Source: a virus
Lineage: Duplodnaviria > Caudoviricetes
Direction: 5' to 3' (one strand)
IMG/VR virus record: IMGVR_UViG_3300042346_000870
Span: 1-49,041 of that record
DNA: 49,041 nucleotides
The notes under the pieces are model-generated. The model saw nothing but the letters and a program-made list of their open reading frames with translations. It ran no database searches and had not been told where the DNA came from. Below are positions 28,915 through 37,778 of this stretch, piece after piece. The translations under genes were made by a program, and so were the position numbers. Positions within the stretch are counted from its first letter, which is position 1, and each line of letters starts with the position of its first letter.

Positions 28915-29337
28915 TCACCCTTTCAATATTTTACCATTTTGCAAATCTTTTAACGTTAATCCTCCAGTGTATTGTAAGTGTAACCATTCTTTAAACGTTT
29001 TCCAATCTCCTGCCCAATCAAGCCCGCATTTTTTACCTAAATTGCCACACAAAAATGTTATTAAGTTATCATCCCACATTGCTTTACCTTCAGAAATAAA
29101 GACAAAGTCAAACGCTAATCTATAATTGTGAAATGATTGTCCCCCTTTAGCATTAGTTACTTTCTTACCTGGTGTGGTCCTTCCTTGTGCATATAAAGCA
29201 TTCTGACTCGCATTGTCTCTGTATGTGCTAGTTATTTTTACTTCAATACCGCCTGTGTCTTTACATAACGCTATAAATTCCTCGCATTTAGTTTTTACAA
29301 TTGGGTGTAAATCGTCTATACTTCTTGAGTTAATCAT
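28915..29337 (-). CDS. Endolysin, M15 family L-Ala-D-Glu peptidase
   Basis: TSTYR...QNALYAQGRT..G.KVTNAKGGQSFHNYRLAFD...WAGDW...E.LHLQ. Confidence 0.9.
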   Translation of the reverse strand: MINSRSIDDLHPIVKTKCEEFIALCKDTGGIEVKITSTYRDNASQNALYAQGRTTPGKKVTNAKGGQSFHNYRLAFDFVFISEGKAMWDDNLITFLCGNLGKKCGLDWAGDWKTFKEWLHLQYTGGLTLKDLQNGKILKG

Positions 29338-29348
29338 TCGTTAATTCC

Positions 29349-29867
29349 TTAAAATTCATTTTCATGTTGTGCCACATTAAATGTAAAAAGTCCAAGTTCA
29401 CGCCACATACGTAAAACTTTTGGTCTATCGTCAAATACTGCAACTACATTGAACTTATTTTTTATATAATTTTCATATAGTTCACGTTTAACTATTGTGT
29501 CATCTCTGTTATCACCAGTTTTACGCATATACAATTCAACGCATAATCCTTTGATACAATGTTGTTTCTCAATCCATTCCATTGTTTGGTCTCTACAATA
29601 GCATTCTCGTCCAGACATAAATATAATCGTATATCCTGGTCTAGCAATTGAACTTGCATAACCACCAAATCTGTATTCAGATACCACCCCTTGTGAATTT
29701 TTTTGAGCAAGAGAAAATACTATATCAATAACTGGGTGTATTGGTAAATCCATGCATACTTTTGTATAATCAAAAATATTTCTATCAGGATGTTTTTGTG
29801 CAATAGTACCGTCTATATCAACAATGATACAATCACGCATTTTATTTTTTTGGTCATATGTAAACAT
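29349..29867 (-). CDS. HAD phosphatase, stand-alone T4 PNK 3'-phosphatase-like domain
   Basis: VDIDGT, SGR, LYMR..GD.RDD..VK, FDDR motifs; no kinase domain. Confidence 0.85.
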   Translation of the reverse strand: MFTYDQKNKMRDCIIVDIDGTIAQKHPDRNIFDYTKVCMDLPIHPVIDIVFSLAQKNSQGVVSEYRFGGYASSIARPGYTIIFMSGRECYCRDQTMEWIEKQHCIKGLCVELYMRKTGDNRDDTIVKRELYENYIKNKFNVVAVFDDRPKVLRMWRELGLFTFNVAQHENEF

Positions 29868-29967
29868 TATTTGTTAATTCCTTAAAAATATTAACACTAT
29901 TATACCATTGGTATTATTGACTCAACAACATAAAAGTGTTAATTGTTAAAATTGTGTTTGATAAATG

Positions 29968-30537
29968 TTAGAAGTCAAATCCAATGCTTATTTTAAAAAT
30001 TGGCATTAACATTGACTTATTATTTTGTTGATTATAATTGTAATTTTCTCTATTTACTTGTGCAATAATTTTCTCATCTGTTTTATAATTAACTTGCATA
30101 ACTCCTACATCTGTATTGATATACCAACCTTTGTAAATTTCTGCTTTATAATTAACTCCTAGGTATGGAGAAAATCCGTTAACTTGATAATTTTCTAAAA
30201 CCGACCCATTCCCATTTAGCTGTTGGTTAGATAATTCTGATATATTAAATTTTTCAGTATCATTTGCAAACCCTCTTAAATAGTAAACTCCTCCATTTAC
30301 CGATAAACCTTTCCATACATTGTATCCTAACAATACCCCATATGATTGAATATTAGCATCAATATCCAAATTATTAAATTGAAATGTATTAGCATTAAGT
30401 TTAATACTAAAATCTGATTGCTGAATTGGTAAAGTAATTCCAATGCCAAGCCCAGTAACCCCAACGCTTGTCTCAATTCCAAACGCGTGGCATAAAGTTG
30501 CAGTTCCAATTAATATAGATAATAATAATTTTTTCAT
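29968..30537 (-). CDS. Outer-membrane beta-barrel protein
   Basis: Signal peptide, alternating beta-strands (PYLGVNY), C-terminal beta-signal ISIGFDF. Confidence 0.75.
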   Translation of the reverse strand: MKKLLLSILIGTATLCHAFGIETSVGVTGLGIGITLPIQQSDFSIKLNANTFQFNNLDIDANIQSYGVLLGYNVWKGLSVNGGVYYLRGFANDTEKFNISELSNQQLNGNGSVLENYQVNGFSPYLGVNYKAEIYKGWYINTDVGVMQVNYKTDEKIIAQVNRENYNYNQQNNKSMLMPIFKISIGFDF

Positions 30538-30561
30538 GAATTAATCCTTTTAAAAGTTATT

Positions 30562-30948
30562 TTATTTACGCACTGTTAATTCCCATTCAACTCTAGGGTT
30601 TTCTTTGTCTCTAAAAGAAGTGTCTACTATTCTTAATGTAATTTGATTATCGTTGACTTTTTTATCTTGAAGTTTAAAAAAATCAAATATACCATCTTGA
30701 TAGTTTTTGAGAGCCAATAATAAATTATCATCGTCAAGATGTTTGCCATTTACAAAATAAGCATGTATTGTTAATTTTAAACTGTCTTTTTTGGTAAAAA
30801 TTAATTGGTCATTTTTTGATGCTTCAAGTGCTAAAAAATAACCGTCTTCTCTTGCTTTTTTGCGTAATTTAATTCCACTGCTCCAGTGTTTACCTTTAGA
30901 CTTATTAGCTCCCATTTCTGAACTGGGAATTGGTAATATAATTAGCAT
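30562..30948 (-). CDS. rusA: RusA-like Holliday junction resolvase
   Basis: LPIPSS..N, DDDNL...K...DG, NDNQI, PRVE. Confidence 0.75.
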   Translation of the reverse strand: MLIILPIPSSEMGANKSKGKHWSSGIKLRKKAREDGYFLALEASKNDQLIFTKKDSLKLTIHAYFVNGKHLDDDNLLLALKNYQDGIFDFFKLQDKKVNDNQITLRIVDTSFRDKENPRVEWELTVRK

Positions 30949-30978
30949 TAACCAATACCCCCATTTACAAACTCCATT

Positions 30979-31173
30979 TTATTTCCTTTCTTCCAACCAT
31001 TTATTATAATTTTCTAAACAAACTGCTGTAATCTCGTTACCAGTTTTTCTAATAATTCCTTTTTTAAGCCATTCGTTAATATGTACTAATTTATAAAATT
31101 TGCTAATAGTAATATCCGCATATTTTAAAAATTCGGCTTTATCCATCCAATTTTCTGTAACAGTATTTTTCAT
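30979..31173 (-). CDS. Small putative DNA-binding protein (winged HTH / Xis-like)
   Basis: WMDKAEFLKY..ITISKFY; W..G...K pattern. Confidence 0.4.
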   Translation of the reverse strand: MKNTVTENWMDKAEFLKYADITISKFYKLVHINEWLKKGIIRKTGNEITAVCLENYNKWLEERK

Positions 31174-31352
31174 TATTTCCTCTCTAATCTTATATTTGTT
31201 TCTACAATTGCAGTAAATTCAATTTTACAATGATTACATTGAATTGGTATATGTAATTCTTTGTAACTATAAACAAGGGTTCCATGCAACTTACCTTTAA
31301 TTACTTGATTGCAATTTAAACATACAACCTCGTCTTTTAGTTCTTCATTCAT
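31173..31352 (-). CDS. Small Zn-ribbon protein (59 aa), absent from ORF track
   Basis: Manual translation with CLNC...CNHC; abuts both neighbours. Confidence 0.7.
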   Translation of the reverse strand: MNEELKDEVVCLNCNQVIKGKLHGTLVYSYKELHIPIQCNHCKIEFTAIVETNIRLERK

Positions 31353-31637
31353 TTATTTACCCTCCATATTTTGGTTAGTTTTTATTATTATTTGTTGTAA
31401 ATAATACAATGTTATACTAAGCTTTTTATACTTAATATTATTCTCCATCATTACTTTTGCAATATCACGTAATGAGCCATCAGTTAGTAAAGATTGCTCC
31501 TCAGCTGGTTGCATAAATTCAGCTGGAACATCTAGTGGCTGTGGCACATCTATAGGTATAATTGTGGCACATCCTTGCAATAAACTCAGCGTTGATAATA
31601 AGGCTATTAGAAGTAAAATATCAATTAGTTTTTTCAT
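31353..31637 (-). CDS. o-spanin (Rz1-like) lipoprotein
   Basis: Lipobox LLQGC, Pro-rich segment, C-terminal helix. Confidence 0.7.
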   Translation of the reverse strand: MKKLIDILLLIALLSTLSLLQGCATIIPIDVPQPLDVPAEFMQPAEEQSLLTDGSLRDIAKVMMENNIKYKKLSITLYYLQQIIIKTNQNMEGK

Positions 31638-32209
31638 AATTTACTCTTAGTCATGTTAATAATTTCATCTTCAGTAAAGTATTTTCTACTTCCATTTACA
31701 ATTGTATATGCCCCAGTTAGGTTAGCCCCAGTTAGGTTAACACAAGTTAGGGTAACACAAGTTAGGTGAGCCCCAGTTAGGTTAGCCCCAGTTAAGTTAG
31801 TCTCAGTTAGGTTAGCATAAGATAGGTTAGCCTTAGTTAGGTCAGCACCAGTTAGGTTAACCCAAGATAGGTTAGCCCAAGATAGGTCAGCATTAATTAG
31901 GTTAGCCCGAGTTAGGTTAGCCCCAGTTAGGTTAGCCCAAGATAGGTTAGCCCCAGTTAGGTGATCCCCAGTTAGGTGAGCCCCAGTTAGGTTAGCCTCA
32001 AATAGGTTAGCCTCAAATAGGTTAGTTTCAAATAGGTTAGCCCAAGATAGGTCAGCATTAATTAGGTTAGCCCAAGATAGGTCAGCCCAAATTAGGTTAG
32101 CCCCAGTTAGGTTAACACAAGATAGGTCAATCCTACGCAAATCAAGACTGCTAAAATCTCTATTACCACATTCATATGCGAATATTATTTCTTCTCTTGT
32201 GATCATCAT
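31634..32209 (-). CDS. Pentapeptide repeat protein
   Basis: More than 25 A[N/D]Lxx repeats encoded by 15-bp DNA repeats. Confidence 0.95.
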   Translation of the reverse strand: MMITREEIIFAYECGNRDFSSLDLRRIDLSCVNLTGANLIWADLSWANLINADLSWANLFETNLFEANLFEANLTGAHLTGDHLTGANLSWANLTGANLTRANLINADLSWANLSWVNLTGADLTKANLSYANLTETNLTGANLTGAHLTCVTLTCVNLTGANLTGAYTIVNGSRKYFTEDEIINMTKSKL

Positions 32210-32529
32210 TTACTCCTTAAATTATTATTAATTTCTATAATAGCTTGACTCTCTAATTTACAAACAGTATTAACTGGTATATATTTATATACAATTTGTA
32301 AATTACTTATAGAGCTTTCAACTTTTTTTATTTCACGAATGCGAGATTCAGATTCTTTATATTTTATCTCATTGTTTTTTTTATCAATTACTTGATTTTT
32401 AACCATCTGCTTACCAGCTTCTAACTGTTGCTCTACCCTGCCGTCATGCAATCCAGATTCATAAGACATAACAACAATGAAACATAAACCTCCGATACCA
32501 GCAATTGCACCCAGTATTAAATTATTCAT
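32206..32529 (-). CDS. i-spanin (Rz-like) inner-membrane protein
   Basis: N-terminal TM, Y..G...G, coiled coil, C-terminal Cys. Confidence 0.65.
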   Translation of the reverse strand: MNNLILGAIAGIGGLCFIVVMSYESGLHDGRVEQQLEAGKQMVKNQVIDKKNNEIKYKESESRIREIKKVESSISNLQIVYKYIPVNTVCKLESQAIIEINNNLRSK

Positions 32530-32565
32530 TTTTTAAAATTCCGTCAAAAAAATCATTTTCATTTT

Positions 32566-32826
32566 TTATTCCTCTAAATAATATGTTATTATATTTTCTA
32601 ATTTGTTTTGTAGATAGTCTAATGCATCCTGAAGAATATCAAAACTTTTCTCAGGTGAACCGCCGTCATATATGTCCAATACATAATATTTTTTATCATT
32701 ACATGAATTATGTTGAATTATGCGATAGTCTAATAGTTTGTACTCATCATTAATAATTCCCCAGTAAGTAATCGATTTATTGTTATTTATTTTAGGTTTC
32801 TCTAACCTAAGTTGTTTAATTTTCAC
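32566..32826 (-). CDS. Hypothetical protein
   Basis: ORF in a tightly packed operon. Confidence 0.55.
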   Translation of the reverse strand: MKIKQLRLEKPKINNNKSITYWGIINDEYKLLDYRIIQHNSCNDKKYYVLDIYDGGSPEKSFDILQDALDYLQNKLENIITYYLEE

Positions 32827-32829
32827 TTT

Positions 32830-33408
32830 TTATTTTCTCCCAAAATAATCAAAATACCGTTTAAACATATTATCTAAATTAATAAACCCTTGTATACTCG
32901 ATTCTCGTTTAATACCAAACCAGATAAGGCACGACTGGCTACCATATTTTATTGCATATATCATTCTATTTTCAGTAATATTTTTAAATAATAATAAAAA
33001 ATTATCTACAATAAATATAATATTTTGCTTTAAAACATCAGGAATAATAGTTTTATCTGGTACTACTAATTTATCAGTGTCTTTGTCATAAACGCTATTA
33101 TTAATAATTTTATCAAAATATCTGATAATATTATCTCTTACAGACTTAAAGAACTTGATTTTATCTTTATCATCTGTAGCATATTGCATAGTAAAAAGAT
33201 GCTCAAATAAAAATGCAAGTAAATTATATTCAGTAGGATAAAACCCTTTATCTAATCCTGGAATAGTATCAATACCCAAATATCCCCGTTGCACTAAAGA
33301 TTTTAACGATTGCAATGGCAATATAAAAGGCGTCAAACTATTTATTGACACCTTTAAATTAACGGTATTGGGATTATATTTTTTTCTAGGTTTTTTACTA
33401 GTTGCCAA
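32830..33408 (-). CDS. Hypothetical phage protein (basic N-terminus ATSKKPRKKYNP)
   Basis: 192-aa ORF, TTG start with AAGGG RBS. Confidence 0.65.
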   Translation of the reverse strand: MATSKKPRKKYNPNTVNLKVSINSLTPFILPLQSLKSLVQRGYLGIDTIPGLDKGFYPTEYNLLAFLFEHLFTMQYATDDKDKIKFFKSVRDNIIRYFDKIINNSVYDKDTDKLVVPDKTIIPDVLKQNIIFIVDNFLLLFKNITENRMIYAIKYGSQSCLIWFGIKRESSIQGFINLDNMFKRYFDYFGRK

Positions 33409-33419
33409 AATTTATCCCT

Positions 33420-33818
33420 TTAAAACGGAATATCATCACTCTGCAAACCACTACCAGCAGTAGGCATACTCATTGGTTCATACATTGACTCAGCTTGTGA
33501 TTTTGTATCATTCTTAGAGCTTAGTAATTCAATTGTGTTAGCCCAAACTTTTTGGGTAGCGTAAGGTTCTCCCCCATCTTTTGGCTTAACAACATCAGTT
33601 GATGGCTTACCCCTTAAAAACATTTTAGTACCTTTTTTAACGTAAGGCATTGCTGGGTGGTCATGATTAGCAGTAACTGATAGCCATTCAGTTTTGGGTT
33701 TATCTTTTGTGCCAACGCTTACTCCTAAGCTAAATGTATAAAATGATTTTCCATTTTGAGTGCTTTTTAATTCTGGGTCACGTCCAACGTAACCAATTGA
33801 TGTGATTTCATGTAACAT
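33420..33818 (-). CDS. ssb: Single-stranded DNA-binding protein
   Basis: IGYVGRDPE, TEW, KKG...GK, acidic tail DDIPF. Confidence 0.9.
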   Translation of the reverse strand: MLHEITSIGYVGRDPELKSTQNGKSFYTFSLGVSVGTKDKPKTEWLSVTANHDHPAMPYVKKGTKMFLRGKPSTDVVKPKDGGEPYATQKVWANTIELLSSKNDTKSQAESMYEPMSMPTAGSGLQSDDIPF

Positions 33819-33835
33819 AATTTACTCCTTTGTAG

Positions 33836-33998
33836 TTAATAATTTCATCTTCAGTAAGATATTTTTTACTTCCATTTACAATTGTATATGCCCAATTAGG
33901 TTAGCCCAAGATAGGTCAATCTTACGCAAATCAATATTGCTAAAATCTCTATTCCCATATTCATATGCAAATATTATTTCTTCTCTTGTGATCATCAT
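33836..33998 (-). pseudogene. Collapsed, frameshifted paralog of the pentapeptide gene (40-aa ORF 33876-33998)
   Basis: 5' and 3' parts nearly identical to 31634-32209, repeats deleted, GGG instead of GGGG shifts the frame. Confidence 0.8.
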
Positions 33999-34910
33999 TT
34001 ACTCCTTAAATTTATTTGTTATTCTAAAACTTGTTGACTGGCTTTTATATTTATCATCAAGCACCAATTGATTGTCTTTGATAAATTCTGCATATTTTGT
34101 ACTATTTTTTACGCTTTTAGTTATTGTATAATTACCACAAACACCTCCCTCGGGGTATAAACATTCTATTTGTAATTTTATATTTTTTTGCTTTTCCGTT
34201 AATTGTTTTATTTGTGTATCTAATGAAAAATAATTATTTAACATATTATTTGCAACATCATTATCTTTAGCATTTAATAAAGCTAAATATTCTTGGCACA
34301 TATTCAACCAATCAGTTTTGGATAAATAGGGTTTAATAAAAAACATATGAGAGTTTATCTGTCTTTTATAATCATTAACTAATGATATTGTTATGCTGTT
34401 ATCCTTAAAATGCGTTATTTTATATATTCTGATAGGGTTATTTACAGTTCCAAAATATTTAATAACACAATAAGCCAGTAATTTATCAGAGCAATACATT
34501 TGATGTAAAATTTGCCAGACATAATATTGTAATATGTCTTTTTCGTATTCCACACTTTTAGATGTGGTTTTATATTCAACAATTCCATTAAAAAATGGGT
34601 CATAACCATCTAATGAACTATAAATACTGTCGGAATGTTCAACAACTGTTGGTGTGTGACTGCCACCAGTTAGCTCATTAAAATAAGCATTTAACAAAAG
34701 CTCTTCTTCTCTACCCCTTTGCATATAAATATTGTCCGCAAGTTCAATATTATTTTGTTTGTTATAAATATTTTCATTTAACGAAGCTTTAAATATAGGT
34801 TCGCTAAATCCTTTATGACAAGCAAATAAAGCAAAATCACTTGCGCCAATTCTAGTATTACGGTACTTATGCCATTCTGGAGTATTTTGCTGTAAATCTA
34901 TTAGTTTCAT
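33999..34910 (-). CDS. YqaJ / lambda-type exonuclease
   Basis: QQNTPEWHKYR...IGASD, MQRG..EE, SLDG, VEYKT, Y.WQI.HQM. Confidence 0.9.
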   Translation of the reverse strand: MKLIDLQQNTPEWHKYRNTRIGASDFALFACHKGFSEPIFKASLNENIYNKQNNIELADNIYMQRGREEELLLNAYFNELTGGSHTPTVVEHSDSIYSSLDGYDPFFNGIVEYKTTSKSVEYEKDILQYYVWQILHQMYCSDKLLAYCVIKYFGTVNNPIRIYKITHFKDNSITISLVNDYKRQINSHMFFIKPYLSKTDWLNMCQEYLALLNAKDNDVANNMLNNYFSLDTQIKQLTEKQKNIKLQIECLYPEGGVCGNYTITKSVKNSTKYAEFIKDNQLVLDDKYKSQSTSFRITNKFKE

Positions 34911-35620
34911 TTTGGGGATACCTTTTTATCATTAACAAGAGCATTAAGTTTAAATAAAACATCTGTACATATTTTTAAATCTGGAGCCTCAACATTTAAA
35001 ATTTTTATATTTACATATTCAACTATTGTAACCTCAAATTCATAATTTGCTACAAGTTCAATTATTTTACATCTTATTTTGTCAATCTCTTGTAATTCTG
35101 TTTTTTGTTTATTTGCAATTGCATTTTGTTTTTCAGCAATTATTTTTTCTTTTTCATCAGTTGGCAAGTCTTCTCCTTTATACACGTACAGCCCAATCCC
35201 AAATAAAGCAAAATTTTTAACTAAACATCTTAATACACTTTTGTTAATCTCAAATACGTCAATTGTCCCAACTTTTTTAGTGCCATTTTTAGTGGTATAT
35301 TCGTAAGGTTCATTAGTAAGATAATTATTATTACCATCCATTACGGGCAAAAACATGTCTTTAGATATTCCTTGAATTGTAATTTGAGTTTTTGTAAAAT
35401 ACCCTAAACTTGCATTACCCCAAATCGGTAAATTGTCATATTGAGGATTTTCGTATACTTTCCAAGACACTTCATTATCAGAATAATTAGAATAAGCAAT
35501 TTCTAAACAATCAGCCCACGGTAAATAAGTTAATTCTTGGGTACCGCTTTTCTTTTTTGAAACTAATTCAGACACATTAATTGCGTTTAATTTATTAAAT
35601 ATATTGTTAATTTTTTCCAT
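34907..35620 (-). CDS. sak: Sak / Rad52-like single-strand annealing protein (DUF1071)
   Basis: LTYLPWA, MFLPVMDGNN, INKS..RCLVK..ALFGIGLYVY.GEDLP. Confidence 0.85.
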   Translation of the reverse strand: MEKINNIFNKLNAINVSELVSKKKSGTQELTYLPWADCLEIAYSNYSDNEVSWKVYENPQYDNLPIWGNASLGYFTKTQITIQGISKDMFLPVMDGNNNYLTNEPYEYTTKNGTKKVGTIDVFEINKSVLRCLVKNFALFGIGLYVYKGEDLPTDEKEKIIAEKQNAIANKQKTELQEIDKIRCKIIELVANYEFEVTIVEYVNIKILNVEAPDLKICTDVLFKLNALVNDKKVSPK

Positions 35621-35642
35621 ACTTATTTACTCCTTAAAATTA

Positions 35643-36014
35643 TTAATATTTATTTTGATAATAAGTTATAATGTCAATATTGCCATAAGAAAGACCAACT
35701 CCAATTATCAATCTTCCAGAACATTCCCCGTGTTTGTCTACATAAACATTTACTTCGTCATCCATTAAAAATTTACCACCTTCGTATCCTGTCAAGCTTG
35801 TATTGCGCACGTCTAATAATTTATTATATAAAAATTCAGACGTTATATCTTTATGTTTACTTTCAAAAGAAAAATCAATAGCTAAATCCCTACGATTCCC
35901 TCTATAAGAAATAAATTCAATATTTGTACATGCGGTATAATTGCCATCCAGCATTACACATTTGTTTTCATTTTTAAATGGTTCTAGCAACCTAATTAAA
36001 TCACCTAATTTCAT
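35643..36014 (-). CDS. Hypothetical phage protein
   Basis: MKLGDLI..L, SYRG...DLA, GYEGGKF patterns. Confidence 0.65.
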   Translation of the reverse strand: MKLGDLIRLLEPFKNENKCVMLDGNYTACTNIEFISYRGNRRDLAIDFSFESKHKDITSEFLYNKLLDVRNTSLTGYEGGKFLMDDEVNVYVDKHGECSGRLIIGVGLSYGNIDIITYYQNKY

Positions 36015-36575
36015 TTATTTACTCTCCAAAATCTCAATTAATTTATCTATTTGTAGGTTAGATTGTTTTACTTCGGCATCATTATCATCAGCCTCATAAC
36101 CCACTGCCACAGCAGCATCACAAACAGCTCTAGCAGCAACACCACTTGAAAACCCATCATCTTGAACAGGAGCAATAATAACGCGATAAGCAGCAGAAAG
36201 AACATTCCTATTACCATAATAATTAATATCCATACCAGGGTTATTAGCTAAATTAGCATTATCAGCAGCCACTTCTAATTCTTTAATAGTTGCTTTACCA
36301 TCAATGTATAATTTTAGCGTATCAACTGCTTTAACACATCTTTTATCCTTCATGAGATGTTTAATTTCATTAACACACCACCACGTGTAATAATAACAAG
36401 TTTTTTTATCTAAAAATTTGCATGCAATCCAGTTTATATCTTGTAAATCTTTTTCTTTTACTTTATGTCGATACTCTTTCACAAAGTTAAGCAATGTATC
36501 TGAGTAATCAGTAGGAATTCCAATTCTTTTAGCATTACTAATTACATCAATTGCATCGTATGTTACTAATTTCAT
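36015..36575 (-). CDS. Hypothetical protein, tandem paralog B
   Basis: Shares both termini and core with 36576-37166. Confidence 0.8.
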   Translation of the reverse strand: MKLVTYDAIDVISNAKRIGIPTDYSDTLLNFVKEYRHKVKEKDLQDINWIACKFLDKKTCYYYTWWCVNEIKHLMKDKRCVKAVDTLKLYIDGKATIKELEVAADNANLANNPGMDINYYGNRNVLSAAYRVIIAPVQDDGFSSGVAARAVCDAAVAVGYEADDNDAEVKQSNLQIDKLIEILESK

Positions 36576-37166
36576 TTATTTACTCTCCAAAATCTCAATT
36601 AATTTATCTATTTGTAGGTTACTGTATATATCATAAACAGCAATAGCGCCGTCCCAAGCAGCAGCAACATCAGCATCAACAGCAGCAACTTTAGCAGCAA
36701 GATAAACAGCAACATCAACAGCAACAGCAACATCAACATCAACATCAACATCAACAGCAACAGCAGCCTTAGCAGCCTCAACAGCAGCATTAGCAGCATA
36801 AAAAGGACAATAAGCAGCATCATCCTCAACATAAGCAGCATCAGCAGCATTAACAGCAGCTTTTAATTCTTTAATAGTAGCAACGCCATCAATATAATCT
36901 TTTAGAATATTAATAGCTTTAACACTTCTTTTATCCTTCATAAGATGTTTAATTTCATTAACACACCACCACGTGTAATAATCACGAGTTTTTTTATCTA
37001 AAAATCTGCATGTAATCCAGTTTATATCTTGTAAGTTTTTTACTTTATGTCGATACTCTTTCACAAAGTTAAGTAGAGTATCTGAGTAATCAGTAGGAAT
37101 TCCAATTTGTATTGGATTGTAACATGGGTTCCATTCCATTATTGCATCGTATGTTACTAATTTCAT
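36576..37166 (-). CDS. Hypothetical protein, tandem paralog A with Ala/Val/Asp low-complexity tract
   Basis: GCA/ACA/TCA trinucleotide tract at about 36655-36860 on the + strand. Confidence 0.8.
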   Translation of the reverse strand: MKLVTYDAIMEWNPCYNPIQIGIPTDYSDTLLNFVKEYRHKVKNLQDINWITCRFLDKKTRDYYTWWCVNEIKHLMKDKRSVKAINILKDYIDGVATIKELKAAVNAADAAYVEDDAAYCPFYAANAAVEAAKAAVAVDVDVDVDVAVAVDVAVYLAAKVAAVDADVAAAWDGAIAVYDIYSNLQIDKLIEILESK

Positions 37167-37288
37167 TCACAATCTCCACAAATTCGTTCGTTATATTCAA
37201 GTTCATCGCTAGCGCATCTATTACAACGGTTGGTGCGTGACTCAACCCATTTTTCATGGGCATCAAACTGGTGGTCTATTATGTCCAC
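37163..37288 (-). CDS. Small Zn-finger protein (41 aa, GTG start), absent from ORF track
   Basis: CNRC...CGDC; RBS AAGGA; ATGA overlap with the next gene. Confidence 0.6.
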   Translation of the reverse strand: MDIIDHQFDAHEKWVESRTNRCNRCASDELEYNERICGDCE

Positions 37289-37482
37289 ATCATATTCCTT
37301 TCATTAATATGCTCAGTGTAATAATCCACTTCGTAAGTAGATTCTATTCCTTCATCATCATTATAAATATTTAAAAAATATTTTTCACATTTTGTGGCGT
37401 CACTGTCATTGTCAAAATAATAACATTTACTATTTTTTAAACTATTTATCTTTTTAATTTGTACAATGTAAATTAATTTCAT
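37279..37482 (-). CDS. Hypothetical protein, first gene of the leftward operon
   Basis: 67-aa ORF downstream of the leftward promoter. Confidence 0.55.
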   Translation of the reverse strand: MKLIYIVQIKKINSLKNSKCYYFDNDSDATKCEKYFLNIYNDDEGIESTYEVDYYTEHINERNMMWT

Positions 37483-37602
37483 AGTTTACTTTTTCAAAGC
37501 GTTACGTTTTGTAACGGATTAGTTACGTTAATTATGTCTTACATTCAGACATGATAACCTACCATCGCGGTTACCTGCGCGCTTTTTCTCAAGCCATGCA
37601 GT

Positions 37603-37632
37603 ATTATAACTCAAAAGATAACCGAATGGCAA
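37603..37632 (-). promoter_or_regulatory. Leftward sigma70 promoter
   Basis: TTGCCA-N18-TATAAT on the - strand. Confidence 0.65.
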
Positions 37633-37722
37633 ACTATTTTTAAGTGTATATCGTAACTCATTGAATTATATATAAACTATTTTATTAAATACAAGATAAT
37701 AAGATGGATAATTAACCTATGT

Positions 37723-37751
37723 TTGACATTGACAGTCAAGTATGATATAAT
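37723..37751 (+). promoter_or_regulatory. Rightward consensus sigma70 promoter with palindromic operator TTGACAGTCAA
   Basis: TTGACA-N17-TATAAT with TG; palindrome 37729-37739 in the spacer. Confidence 0.8.
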
Positions 37752-37778
37752 ATATACTTAATTAATAAAGTAAATAAA

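Noticed and set aside
30979-31173. Excisionase implying an integration module
   Set aside because: Only weak HTH-like similarity, and no tyrosine or serine recombinase is present
31700-32130. CRISPR-like array
   Set aside because: 15-bp units without unique spacers; they encode in-frame pentapeptide repeats
36608-36850. 80-aa poly-Leu/Met ORF
   Set aside because: Alternative-frame read of the trinucleotide tract inside 36576-37166
36015-37166. Diversity-generating retroelement (template/variable repeat pair)
   Set aside because: No reverse transcriptase in the complete genome, both copies are coding and differences are not restricted to adenines
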